DNA of 64,000 bases from Octopus sinensis (taxonomy: Eukaryota): assembly GCF_006345805.1 (NCBI RefSeq), contig NC_042998.1:40486001-40550000 (forward strand), in the 5' to 3' direction. The translations under genes were made by a program, and so were the position numbers. Shown one piece after another: positions 1 through 51,614 of the stretch (the stretch's first letter is position 1; the number at the start of each line of letters is the position of its first letter). Below the pieces are notes generated by a model. The model was not told the origin of the DNA. It searched no databases and worked only from the letters and a program-made list of their open reading frames with translations.

Positions 1-369
1 TTGGCCCTTTTCCTCTGACTAACTTATTAGAAGAAGAAAAAAAAAATGCAGCCTTAACTATTTTCAAATGTAACAAAAGTAAGGTTTATGTACAAGGAAA
101 GAGAATCTATATAAATTTCAGAGATTAAATACTGAAGCTGAAATATAGATTATAATAAGTACAGCCAGTGCATCTGAGATCATATCCTAGACAAATAATT
201 CAGATACCACATTCCAGAACTATTTATGCAATACTGAGTGAAGCAGAAACAAAGCAAGCAATTATTTAGTTGATTTGATTTAGAGAAAAGTTTTTGACAG
301 ATGTATTCAGGCGGACATTGGGAAACGTAGACTAAAGTGAACATGTAATATTGAATTTCTCCCCCAACT

Positions 370-371
<2 letters not shown>

Positions 372-402
<31 letters not shown>

Positions 403-438
403 ATATATATATATATATATAGTGTGTGTGTGTGTGTA
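372..438. repeat. Compound microsatellite (CT)n(TA)n(GT)n
   Basis: Direct reading. Confidence 0.95.
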
Positions 439-900
439 AGGATAAATGTTTGAAAAGACCTTTGAGCAATGGAGGTGAAGAGTCAGGAAAAGTGTGTAAT
501 GTCAAAGAATGAAAATAAAGAGAAAAGATACTGTGTTCCCTTACATAGGTTGTTTAATGATCCTATAGTATTCTGGGGAAAAATTCTTCATTTCAAATAA
601 GAAAAAGGAAATAATGAAAGAGTTATAACTGGTAGGTCATTCAGAGAATGTTATTGTTATTGGCAAGCCAACATATATACACACATACACATGCACATTA
701 TGTGTGGTAAAAAATTTGCTTCTCCGTCACATGGTTCCAGGTTCTGTCCCACTGCATGGCACCTTGGGCAAGTTTCTCTTACTAAAGCCTTGAGCTGACC
801 AAAGCCTTGTGAGCATATATATATATATATATAATATAATTTGAGAAAAAACCACTACTTTGCAAAACAAACAAGGAAAGACTTAATCAATACATAAAAA

Positions 901-952
<52 letters not shown>

Positions 953-1177
953 ATGTGTGTGTGTCTTTGTATCTGTGCTTGTCCCCCACTACTGGTTGAT
1001 GTTGATGTGTTTACATCCTTGTAACTTAGGGGTTTGGCAAAAAGACTGATAGAATAAGTACCAGACTCAAAAAGATAAGTACTGGTATCAATTTGATTGA
1101 CAAAATGTCTTTATGGGGGTGCCCCAGCATGGTTGCAGTCCAATGACTGAAACAAGTAAAAGATAAAAGCTAAAGGA

Positions 1178-1330
1178 TACACATACACACACGCATGCAT
1201 GCATGCATGCATGCATGCATGCATGTATGTATGTATGTATGTATGTATGTATGTATGTATGTATGTATGTATGTATGTATGTATGTATGTATGTATGAAT
1301 GAATGAATGAATGAACGAACGAATGAATGA
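1178..1330. repeat. Compound tetranucleotide microsatellite (ATGC)n(ATGT)n(ATGA)n
   Basis: Direct reading. Confidence 0.97.
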
Positions 1331-3211
1331 ATAGAAGTGCTTGAAGCAGTAACACAATGAATCCCATATTCTGTACAGAATCATGTTGTTAGGTGGTCAA
1401 GATTTTTCTAAGCTTGTATCTTTGTACTCTGGAACTCAAAGACCATAACTTTGCTTAGTCTTTAAATAATAACTTAATCCTGAAAGAGATATCCATAGTG
1501 TCTTAGATTATATATTGTACTAAGGGTACTAATATAGCTTACAAAAAATATTAGTGCTTTATCAGTTTCCAGCTTTGCTCCTTTGGTAAGTTCTTTTATT
1601 TTTGTAATCAGAAGTCATAGCAGAACTGTTCCTAATGAAGGCACAGGGCTACAAATTTTTTTTCTTTTTCAGTGCAGGTGACATTAGCCAATTAAAGCAC
1701 TCTCAGTATTTGGTCGGTACTTTATTTTATTGATCCAAATAAAGAAGATAAATAAATGAAAGGCAAAGTTGACTTTGGCAAGATTTAACTCAGAACATAA
1801 AGAGCTGGAAGAAATATAGTGTGATGTTCTAATGATTCAGCCAATCTGCTGCCCTTGTATAATAAATAGCATTAAATTGTGGTTGAAAAAAATTTATAGA
1901 ACTTTGGCTATTTTTAATAATAATTCTCTGTACCATAGGCACATGGCCTGAAATTTCAGAAAAAGGAGGTTAGTCAATTATAATGACCCCATTCCTCAAC
2001 TGGTACAGATTTTATTGATTTTGAAAGGATGAAAGGCAAAGTTGATCCTCTGTGAAATTTGAACCGAGACTAGAAAGAGCCTGAGCTCAAATTCCATCAA
2101 AACAATTCATTTGTCACCAGTTATTAGTAAAGAATGTGTACTCCGTATCAGTGGTAATTTTAAGTTCAGAAATATTATAATTATAATCAAATTATTAAAT
2201 TGTTCAAATGCTGGACTAATGTATTAAAGGTCATAACTCAAACTCTGCAAAAGGTATTTCCTTATTTCCTTGTCTTAAGCAATGTATCTGAAAAATAGAT
2301 AAAATTCTTATGTAAAGCCAAAGATTGGCATTTATGAAAGAAATCCAGCTTTAAAGTTTGTCCTTTACCAATTCATAAGGGGAAAAAATGTTTTTGCAGA
2401 AGCCACTCATTGATGCAAGCAAAGATAAAAAGTAAAATATTAAAAATGTAAATGGAAATCCAATGCCTGCCAACATAGAAGATGACTCTAAAATGGATGA
2501 TGATGAAGATGATGAAGTTGATGATGATTATGATGATGATGATGACAATTATCCTTTTTAGCTGTCATGGTCTAGACAAGTATGAGTGATAGCATTTCTT
2601 CACATTGCTTCATTGAAGGTCAGTTCTCTTTAGCTGTTTTTTGGGTCAGCCTTAATATGCTTGTTATAAATATTTATTACTTCACCTCTGTTTCTGTTAA
2701 CTCCTGCCACTGTGACATTTATTCACCCAGTTCTCATTAGCTTTTACAGCATATTTACACTGCCATAAGCCTTTTTTTTCTTTTTTTTTTTGCAGTCAGT
2801 TACTGCCATCCTTAATTTCAAGTGATTTTCTAGTCCCAGTTTAATGTCTCTGAGACAATAAACAAAATAAACAAATAAATAGATAATTAAATAAACAAAC
2901 ATCAAGTGCTCTAATTTTTTTTCTGGTGTTATTTCAAACAATCTAGATCCATATTAGAGATAACAATGATAAGATAACCAACTTTAAACCAATAGCTCTA
3001 TACAAACAGGCTTAAATTTGAAGAAACATTTTTGTTTTGACAATTATCATACCACCTTGTTTATACTTTGTTTATAAGTAGTTTGAATTAATAATTTCTA
3101 CTTCACTCTATGGAAACCTAAAATTAGTGGTATTATCTTAGCGTGTGTACTATAATATTTAAATTTCATTGTTTTTATTTTGCTATTTTCTTTAATATAT
3201 ATCTGACTAAC

Positions 3212-41953
<38,742 letters not shown>

Positions 41954-42000
41954 GATTGGAAGTTCGATGAACGCTTGTTTATTATGGGACAGGAGCTGCT

Positions 42001-42033
42001 GACTGAAGCTTACGACTTCGCAGATAGTAAATA
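42001..42033 (-). promoter_or_regulatory. Putative core promoter: Inr TCAGTC (42006-42001, +1 at about 42004) with TATTTA about 25-29 nt upstream
   Basis: Matches the arthropod/lophotrochozoan Inr TCAKTY about 50 nt upstream of the ATG; the TATA-like match is weak. Confidence 0.4.
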
Positions 42034-42306
42034 AAAAGATTACAGGAGGTCAGGGGACGTAACTAGAACACTGATAACGTTGATGTTCTAAAATATATTC
42101 AACACGGTGTCAAGAAAAATAAAAAAACAATAAAAAACAAAAATAATAAATAAATGATAAATGACTATATATCTATTTAAAGATATTCCAGATATATTTC
42201 TTTAAAATATGTTCTGTTTAGACAAACATGGAAAGTTTTTACTAAAAGAAAAATAAATAGATCTAGCTGCCAAGTTGTCAAAACAATATTTTGAGAATTG
42301 ACTTCT

Positions 42307-42314
42307 GTAAACAA
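42307..42314. promoter_or_regulatory. FoxO-type element GTAAACAA about 300 bp upstream of catalase
   Basis: Exact FoxO/DAF-16 consensus and catalases are known FoxO targets, but this 8-mer occurs by chance in AT-rich DNA. Confidence 0.25.
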
Positions 42315-43169
42315 AGAGAAGTTGTTTCCCTTGGATTGTTTCGCAATTAAATTTTTCCGACTGTTTTATTTAACAATTGAATTATAACCTCAGTTACTAC
42401 CCCAAACACACACATATACGCGCGCGCGTAAATATGCATGCGTATGGGTGCGATGTGTGTGAATAAGATATAATTTTCATTCATGTTTATACTCCCAAAT
42501 AAGAAAGTCAATTATTGGGTTTTGTTAATTTGGGGTTTTACTACTCTATTTTTCATGCTAGAATTAAAGAAAATAATATTGTAAGCCCTCTACGATTGTT
42601 GGGTTTAATGACATTAACATAATATGTTAAATTGTTATATAAGTTCTGAAGGGAAGTGTATAGATTCAGCCTTGTGGATTAAAAAGTTAAGCTTGAAATC
42701 TTATTAGGTTTGCACTTTTTAACACATAGCAAAATGAATTGCAAAGATAGGACACAAAACATAATTTACTCCCCTGACTACTATGCTATTATATATTATT
42801 AGCTTCAATAATTTGAAATCTATTAAAGACCATGTGGAAATCACTAGCTTAATTCACATGAAACAGAAATGTTTTTGAGGTACAACATCCAGCTGTTAGT
42901 TGATAACGTTTTTCTATATATCTGCAAGTAGATACCGATTGCTTGCCTTAAAAATAGCATATCGAAGTAGATAAAATATAAACCTAGACTATGGATATTA
43001 TCCAATCATCTTGCTCATGGTCTACCCCTAAGTCTCCTGCCTGTTGATTCAGCTTGAAGAATTTGTCTCAGTTGATCATGCTTGGGGATCCAGCGGGAAA
43101 GTTTAAAGATTATTGTTTCTGATAGGATCCTGTGGAAGAAGTGCATGAAGATTTTATACCTACGGCCAT

Positions 43170-43231
43170 AGAGATAATCACTAGCTTCTTAAATGAAGAA
43201 CATTATACAGGGAATGGTAATAATCAGAAGG
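43170..43231 (+). repeat. 62-bp direct duplicate, partner at 45320-45381 (2 mismatches)
   Basis: agagataatcactagcttcttaaatgaagaacattata(c/t)agg(g/a)aatggtaataatcagaagg. Confidence 0.95.
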
Positions 43232-43320
43232 GGGTCGATAAAATAAGTACCAAGTATGCAGTGAAAATGGATTAATAGCTATAAGCCTAGAGAAGAAAGG
43301 GAATAAACTTCAATACCCTC

Positions 43321-43800
43321 CATCAGGCATTTGCCATATTCTGAACGCCTTACTTCCCTGGGCATGGATACATTGAAACTCTGACGTCTGGCAGCTGACT
43401 TGGCAAACACCCATAAAATTATTAACTATCTTACCAACAATAACTCTGAGCACCTTTTCAAACTCCACCTGTCTAACACCCGTGGACATGTTTACAAATC
43501 AGAAAACAGCACAGCTCCCATGACTTTTGGAAACATTTTTTCATGCTAAGAGTTGCTGAAGTATGGAACAAACTGCCGGCATCAGTTGTTAGTTGTCGGA
43601 GCACTGCATCCTTCAAAACTTCCATGCTTCCTGAGATTCGCCAACACTACACCTGATTTTCTCCCCTCCATACACACGCAAGCGTGTATTTGACTCATAC
43701 ACTTCACTTTCCAGACATTTGTACATTACTGCATTTGCTTTATATGCACTTTTGACGAGTTGTGGTGCACCTGAGCACTGTATACAATAATTTTATTATT
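43321..43800 (+). mobile_element. CR1-group LINE 3' end with (ATT)n tail; 3' UTR copies at about 6517-6651 and 61590-61810
   Basis: YSERLTSLGMDTL...NTRGH...RVAEVWNKLP; shared 3' UTR ...gtggtgcacctgagcactgtatacaataatttcattatt. Confidence 0.9.
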
Positions 43801-44445
43801 ACTAGATAGTATATGTTCCATATTATTTACCATACTTAAGGCAGTGAACTGGCAGAATCATTAGCACACCAGGCAAAATACTTAGTGGAATTTCGTCCAT
43901 CCTTATATTCTGAGTTCAAATTTCAGCAGGGTTGACTTCGCCTTTCATTCTTTCAGGGTTGAAAAAATAAATACCTGTTGAACACTGGGGTTGATGTAAT
44001 TGACTTAGCCACCTCCTCTGAAAATGCTGGCCCTGTGCTAAAATTTGAAACCATTATTTACCATACTTATAAATTCATGCTGTCTGTGGCAGTGAAAGCA
44101 CAAACCTAGATCATGAGCATATGGATTCAATTCCTGGACTGAGTGGTGCATCATGTCCTTAAGCAAACATCTCATTTCATTTTGCTCCAGTCTAATAAGT
44201 TGTGATGGATATTGGTTAGAAGCTGGTGCAGTCTTTATTCCTTTCAGCCACAACATCCTGGATGTGCTGCTTGACCACAATTAACAGAAACATGGTACAT
44301 GTTAATAAGCTATACTCACTCACGAGGGACAACTGGCTGTTCTTTTTGTACACACTTGTATTATCTGAAACTTGAACTTCAAAATACATTTTGTTTTACA
44401 TGAAACTTGGACTTTAAATAAAATGCCTTTTCTGTTGTTAATAGT

Positions 44446-44446
<1 letters not shown>

Positions 44447-44508
<62 letters not shown>
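44447..44508. repeat. (AAT)n microsatellite
   Basis: Direct reading. Confidence 0.97.
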
Positions 44509-44509
<1 letters not shown>

Positions 44510-46997
44510 TATTTTTGTATAAATAAGTAAAATTAATAAACTTTGTAATTGCTTTGTAATTTGAGTAAAAAGTTCTGTATTGAATATTATTAATAAATTT
44601 TAAAAAAATCTTTGCCATCTAAAATTATTTGAGGCATTGTAAAAAAACGACTCTTGTACAATTTTTTAATCACTATAACAAATAAATTTTAAAAAGTTAA
44701 TAAAAAAAAGTTTAATTATAAAATGCAAATCTGCAAGATTTTCATAGTTTTGGTGGGAAGGTAAAACTAAACAAATAAAATTGCTCATATTTCTTATAGA
44801 AGTTAGTGTATATATATTAAACTAGTTCACAAATATTACTTGAACTAGTGGTAAACTTATTTTTAAAAGGTAGTATTTGTTATCATATCTAGATATTTTT
44901 GTATGTGTTTAAGAGAAGAATATTTTTATCTTACTGAGCACTAGAAAATCATTCCTTTTAAGGAGTGGAGAATATTGTAATGCAATAACCATCATAAATT
45001 TTATGGAAGTCAATCAATGAAAATTACAAGCATTGATAATATATTTCTGTTTTGAGCTTGACTGCAAACTGAGAAGCTGGTGGTTCTTATATTGGCCAGA
45101 ACATTTATTACATAATGGCCACCAATACTTAACTTTAAGTAAGAGCTATAATGCATTATAATTCACTGTTGTGTATATAGTTTATAGCTGTGGTATACAA
45201 CTTATTCATTAGCTTGTAATTCTGAGTTCCATTTTTTCCATGAGGAAAGTTATCTATAATAGACTAGTGTATTATCCAGTTATCAATGATGTCCACATCT
45301 GTTGAACACCATTGAAAACAGAGATAATCACTAGCTTCTTAAATGAAGAACATTATATAGGAAATGGTAATAATCAGAAGGTAATGTTACATAGTTGCCA
45401 TTTAAATTTATCTCATGTAATATCTTCTAGCAATTCACTTGAATGCTATATACAGAGACTCTAAAAATCCTAGTTTTAATATTTAACACTCTACAATATT
45501 TATTTCTTTATTGCCCACATGGAGCTAAACATAGAGGGGACAAACAAGGACAGACAAAGGGATTAAGCCAATTACATTGACACCAGTGCTTAACTGGTAT
45601 TTATTTAATCGACCCCGAAAGGATGAAAGGTAAAGTTGACCTCAGCGGAATTTGAACTCAGAACATAACGGCAGATAAAATACTGCTAAGCATTTCGCCT
45701 GGTGTGCTAATGATTCTGCCAGCTTGCTGTCCTAACACTCTACAATATTGAAGAGTGCATAAGAATAACCTATCAGAAAGATAAAATCAACACTCTTTAT
45801 TATCTCAAGTGGGTTTTCTTAAGTAGAGAGTATACTGATATATTGGTCTTTTGATAATGTGATGATACAAACATGGAATTTGAACAGGAAAATTTTAGGA
45901 TACCAAAGGACAAAAATTTGACATATTCGTTTTACTTTAAAGAAAAAGAAACAAGGAAAGGTATAGACAATTACACTGTCTACTCTCGCTGTCTTTTCCT
46001 TCAATACTATAATGGCTTTTGTTCCTTGGAGATGACTTGCTCCTCTCTTTACTTCACATCATGTATATTGCATATATCTCCCCCTTCTTGAGGCCCACAC
46101 AAACATAAGTGCTCTGCAATGATTTTAGAGAGAACTTCTGCCAAAGTGGACAAGAAATAAGAAATATCACGAGCAGGGTTAGGTTGGATGTTTTGACTAT
46201 AGAGAGTTTTACATAGAAAAAGAGGTTTATTAAAATTTTTTTTGATTGGTTGTTTATCTTTTTTGTTAACTTGTTTTGTGAGGTGAGCTTTAAATCAAAG
46301 AGCATATGATATGATGGACAGATATAGAGTGAGAGCAAGGGAAAGAGAAAGAAAGAACAAAAGTGATATTAGGAGAGCCAGAGACCATGTCTGGGTAGAG
46401 GAGATAAATTGAGCCTGCTTGAGTTATGATTGGTGGCCATGAGAATTTAATGACTTGAACTGTCAAAGGTGTGAGTTAAGACGTGTTCTTTATGGTTTAT
46501 TCTGGGGCTCTTAGAGAAGGTTGACAATAATTTTGATAATTAATAATAATGTTGAGCTTATTGTATATAATACTCAGATTATATATAATGCTCACAACTC
46601 ATTGGAAAATGGTTAAAAGAGAGGACAGAAAGCAGACATATCAATCAAGTAAAGAAAGATAGTAATGAAAACTAGAATTACATGCACAATACATGAATAA
46701 AAGACTAAAATAAAGAAAAATGATCTATAAAAGAGTCATATAGAAGAAGGAGTAGTGTTGCCAAATTTCAGTAAGTATAGAATTTTCAAAGAATGCTGTA
46801 TCCTGACAGCAAGCAACTGGCATTAATAGTTTATTCCATGTTTTGACAATTCTGTGCATGAAAAATGTTGCCAAAAGTCACAAGTGTTGTGCAGAATTTT
46901 GATATCATAAGCAAGTTGAAAAGTGGTAGAGATATTGAATTCAAAAAGGTGATCAAAGTTGTTGGAAAGATGATAAGTAATCTTGTGAGCTTCTATC

Positions 46998-47168
46998 AGT
47001 CATCATCATCATTGTTCGACCGTGGTCGAGACAATGGAATTTACCATGCTACGCCAGACTTCACGGTCCATCATGGCATTACGGAGGTCCTGTTGCTGGA
47101 TGCCTGTATCCCTGGAGATTACATCAGGGTAGGAGAGTGTGCGCCCTCTTGCAATGGTATTTGTAGAC
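46998..47168 (-). mobile_element. RTE LINE 3' end with (TGA)n tail
   Basis: RGRTLSYPDVISRDTG...AMMDREVWRSMV. Confidence 0.85.
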
Positions 47169-47357
47169 TTTTCTAAAGCGTTTGATTCTATCAGTACAAA
47201 GGTTAGACTTTGAAACTTTAGGGTGTCAATGCCCAAAGAAGCAAGACATTCACAATATGATGAATGACTGATGGAGGATATTTGTCTGGTTGCACATCTT
47301 CTGGACACCCTCCAGGAGATTGATATTCTGGACAAGATGGGGATTCCAGACTGGAAA
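47169..47357 (-). mobile_element. CR1-group LINE RT C-terminal fragment
   Basis: VWNPHLVQNINLLEGVQ...SYCECLASLGIDTLK. Confidence 0.8.
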
Positions 47358-47442
47358 TGTAAATGTAAGTGTAATGTAAATGTAAGTGTAAATGTAAATG
47401 TAAGTGTAAATGTAAATGTAAGTGTAAACTGTAAGTGTAAAT
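47356..47442. repeat. (GTAAAT/GTAAGT)n hexamer array
   Basis: Direct reading; 18-bp higher-order unit GTAAAT-GTAAAT-GTAAGT. Confidence 0.9.
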
Positions 47443-48391
47443 ATAATTCTAAATGGATAGTTGGTCTTACTGAGCAATGCTAGGACACCTTTAACCTGTT
47501 TTGACGATTTTAGTGTATGGTTGAACAAATTGACCTCAGTACTTATTTTTTTAAGGTTGGTACTTATTCTATCTGCATCTTTTGTTGAACCACTAAGTTA
47601 TGGATACATAAACAAACTAATAGCAGTTGTCAAGTGATGGTGAGAGACAAACACAAATACGCACATACTTAATTACAAATATTATTTACAAATCTTGTAA
47701 AAATGATATTCATGAAAATATGTATATATATATATTGAAAAAAATGCTGCTTAGCTGATGACAATGCTGTTGGAAGATTTATTTGCATTCCTCCTAGACA
47801 GAAGCAATACAAATTTTAGTGACATTGTTAGAGTTTCTCAAATTATATACTAAAAATTCAACCAAATTCTGTGCGGAAAAGATGTTCCTTAAGATTTAAT
47901 TCAACCAAACATTACAATACAACAGCCATGTTTCTGAGGTGACAATAAATTATATAATTGGCAAATAATTCTAACAGAAGAGTAGAAAAAGAGAAAAAAT
48001 GCATAGTATATACACTATGAGCTACAAATACAGAAAAAAAAAAAATGACTGATGGAGGGTATTTGTCTAATGAGTTGCTGAGTGGTTAAAGAGGTCATTC
48101 ACAATCATGTAATTCTTGGTTTAATCCTACTGTATGACTAAATTGCTAGAAACCATGCAGAACTTGTCAAATGAACTCTGTGTTTTAAAGAAACAGCTTT
48201 GTCACACAGTGTCCTGCTGGTTTTACCTAAGAATTACATTATAGGCACAATTGTTGGTGAAATACTTTATGAATTTATTGATCAGATAATGCTATTAATC
48301 AAATAACGAGAACACATATTGCTTGAAATTGACAAGCTATTTCATCAACATTCTGAAAATGCAAGATATACAGAACTTAAGAGCTTAAACT

Positions 48392-48657
48392 GTGAAGGCG
48401 CATGGCTTAGTGGTTTGGGTGTCAGCACCATGATCGTAAGATTGTGGTTTCAATTCCTGGACCAGGCAACGCATTGTGTTCTTGAGCAAAACACTTCACT
48501 TCATGTTGCTCCAGTCCACTCAGCTGGTAAAAATGAGTAACGTTGCGATGAACTGGTGTTCCGTCCAGCTAGGGAACACATATGCCATAGAAACTGGGAA
48601 ACTGGGCCCATGAGCCTGGCTAGGCTTTAAAAAGGGCACATTTATTTTATTTTTATT
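48392..48657 (+). mobile_element. tRNA-derived CORE-like SINE family E, 15-bp TSD TTAAGAGCTTAAACT
   Basis: Head GGCGCATGGCTTAGTGG...TTCAATTCC; TSD at 48377-48391 and 48658-48672. Confidence 0.92.
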
Positions 48658-48702
48658 TTAAGAGCTTAAACTATTTAACTGTTTATTTCTAACATTCTGA
48701 GG

Positions 48703-48831
48703 TAAGATCTATGGATAACAATAATGCTAAGATCTATGGATAACAATAATGCTAAGATCTATGGATAACAATAATGCTAAGATCTATGGATAACAATAAT
48801 GCTAAGATCTATGGATAACAATAATGCTAAG
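48703..48831. repeat. Perfect 25-bp minisatellite x5 (TAAGATCTATGGATAACAATAATGC)
   Basis: Five identical units plus TAAG, with no spacers. Confidence 0.98.
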
Positions 48832-49206
48832 CAGGAACTAAATTAGTTTTCACCACCATGTTTTCCAGCTTGTAAATTAAATTTTTCCAACAAAAGTTTA
48901 CAGCCATTTGAATGAACAGGATGAAATCTGAGTTAAAAAAATGACTGCCAGTTTTGACATCCATCATCATCTTTGAGTAGTGGTGTTGTAAAGCTGTATG
49001 TATTTTGGGTGAGGTAGCTGAGAGCTAAACTCCCAGCAATGGTCTCTTGACTGGTCGATACCTTTCAGTCCCTGGCCCACTGGAATACTGTCTCTTTTTG
49101 CAGTCTTTTCTATCACTGCTATAATGGCAGAATTTGAACTCTAAGCATTTTGAACAGCATGCTAACGAGTCTACCATTTTGCTGCCTTACACGTTTTTAA
49201 TATTAT

Positions 49207-49469
49207 AAAAATAAATGCGCCCTTTTAAAGCCTAGTCAGGCTCACGGGCCCGGTTTCCTGGTTTCCCGGTTTCTATGGCGTATGTGTTCCCCAGCTGGAT
49301 GGGATGCCAGTCCATCGCAGCGTTACTCATTTTTGCCAGCTGAGTGGACTGGAGCAATGTGAAATTAAGTGTTTTGCTCAAGAACACAATGCGTCACCCG
49401 GTCCAGGAATCGAAACCACAATCTTATGATCATGATGCTGACACCCTAACCACTAAGCCACGTGCCTCC
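49207..49469 (-). mobile_element. SINE family E, 15-bp TSD CGTTTTTAATATTAT
   Basis: TSD at 49192-49206 and 49470-49484. Confidence 0.92.
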
Positions 49470-50024
49470 CGTTTTTAATATTATTTATAAAAAATGGTGG
49501 CAGTTATAGTGAAGAATTCTCCTAATCGTGTTTCTTTGTGTTGTTCCATTTTTTTCCCATGCTGTCAGATTGGTCTCACTTTTTGTGCAATTTTTCAAAA
49601 ATATATAATACTACAGTTTTTGCTTCTCAGTTTTCAGAAATGTGATATTTCTACTTGTTTTTTTCTTCAAACCAAGCAAAGGTTTTTACAATGTAACCTT
49701 TCACAACTGAATAAAATTTTCCTTACCATTCTAGCATTACTATCATCACAAGGAGTTAACAGCAATCCTATTACACTAGATTCATCAATTTATTAATTCA
49801 TGGCCAACTCTTTTATACTGTCCACAGTTTGTCTGTGCATCTCTGTTGTTTCTTTCCAACCCATTGAGTGATCTTTGTGCTTTACTAACAACTTTTTTTT
49901 TACTTGTAAAAACTATGCTATAGATGTTCAGGTTGGGTATTGGCTACATTTTCCTCACTTGTCTATGAGGGCCTACAAAGGTCATGATACACTATTCATC
50001 TTTATCTCACTAACTCACTCATTT

Positions 50025-50141
50025 GTGTGTGTGTGTGTGTATGTATGTATTTATGTATGTATGTAGTGGCTTGGGAAACCTCTACACACATGAAAGAATC
50101 TTGCAAAACAAAGTGTGTGTACACACACACACACATATGTA

Positions 50142-50220
<79 letters not shown>

Positions 50221-50328
50221 CATACATACACATATATATGTATATATAAATATGTATACATATACATACACACACATATATACATGCATATATATATGTG
50301 TGTATGTATACATACATGCATGCATACA

Positions 50329-50363
<35 letters not shown>

Positions 50364-50786
50364 GTACATACATACATACGTACATACATGCGTACATACA
50401 TACGTACATACATACATACATACATACGTACATACATACATACATATGTACGTACATACATACATATATACATACATGCATACATACATACATACATACA
50501 TACATACATACATACATACATACATACGTATGTACGTACGTACGTACGTACGTACGTACGTACGTACATACATACATACATACATACATACATACATACA
50601 TACATACATACATACATACGTACATACATACATACGTATGTACGTACATACATATATACATACATGCATACATACATACATACATACATACATACATACG
50701 TACGTACATACGTACGTACGTACATACATACATACATACATACATACATACATACATACATACATACATACATACATACATACATA
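50025..50786. repeat. Large compound microsatellite (GT/TA/TACA/TACG)n
   Basis: Direct reading; explains all five long ORFs in the track. Confidence 0.99.
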
Positions 50787-51566
50787 GTGCCATGTAAAAA
50801 GCATCTGTGCTGGTGCTGTGTATCAGCATTCAGTACACTCTGTAAAGTGGTTGGAATTGTGAAGGGCATCCAGCCATAGAAACCATGCCAAAACAGAGAT
50901 GGAGCAGGGCCAGCTCTTAAGCTGGCTAGCGCCTGTCAAACCGTCCAACCCATGCCAGCATAGAAAGCGGACGTTAAATGATGATGATGATCGGAAAGAG
51001 GTGAAAAGATAGAGTCGATTGCAGCAGGACTTGAATTAAGAATTACAAAACAAAGAAACTGATATAGAATATCTACTCACACCTAATACTATAAACTAAA
51101 ATTTCTTATGTAAGGAGTATTTACAAATATACTTGTTCTTGTTGACAAGAGTGAATTCAGTGAGAAGAGTAGTGTTCTGAGGATCAATAGAATAGCTAGA
51201 TATCAAAATATAATGCCTAACAGTGTTTAGTTATGGCCCTTAACGTTCTGAGTTCAAATTTCCTAGCATAGTGTCCTTTCTGGTTCGACGAAACAGTTAA
51301 ATATGAGGACTGATTCATATTCCGATAAGCCAACCTGGATGTGAATAGAATTGTAATACAAGAAGAAAATAAATCATCTTATAGGCATAGGAGTGGCTGT
51401 GTGGTAAGTAGCTTGCTTATCAACCACATGGTTCTGGGTTCAGTCCCACTGCGTGGCACCTTGGGCAAATGTCTTCTACTATAGTCTCAGGCTGACTAAA
51501 GCCTTGTGAGTGGATTTGGTAGCCGGAAACTGAAAGAAGCCCGTCGTGTATATATATATATACGTC

Positions 51567-51614
<48 letters not shown>

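Noticed and set aside
2744-2941. ORF as a possible last catalase exon
   Set aside because: No similarity to the catalase C-terminal helical domain; I found no exon 11-like sequence (VL..EER.RL..NI) in 1-3211, so the 3' end is taken to be outside the window.
48703-48831. CRISPR-like array
   Set aside because: Contiguous identical units with no spacers, in a eukaryotic context with no cas genes.
50002-50879. Five 190-275 aa ORFs (YVCM/HTYI repeats)
   Set aside because: Translations of a stop-free microsatellite. The same applies to the ORFs at 1088-1384, 56555-56893 and 62600-62934.
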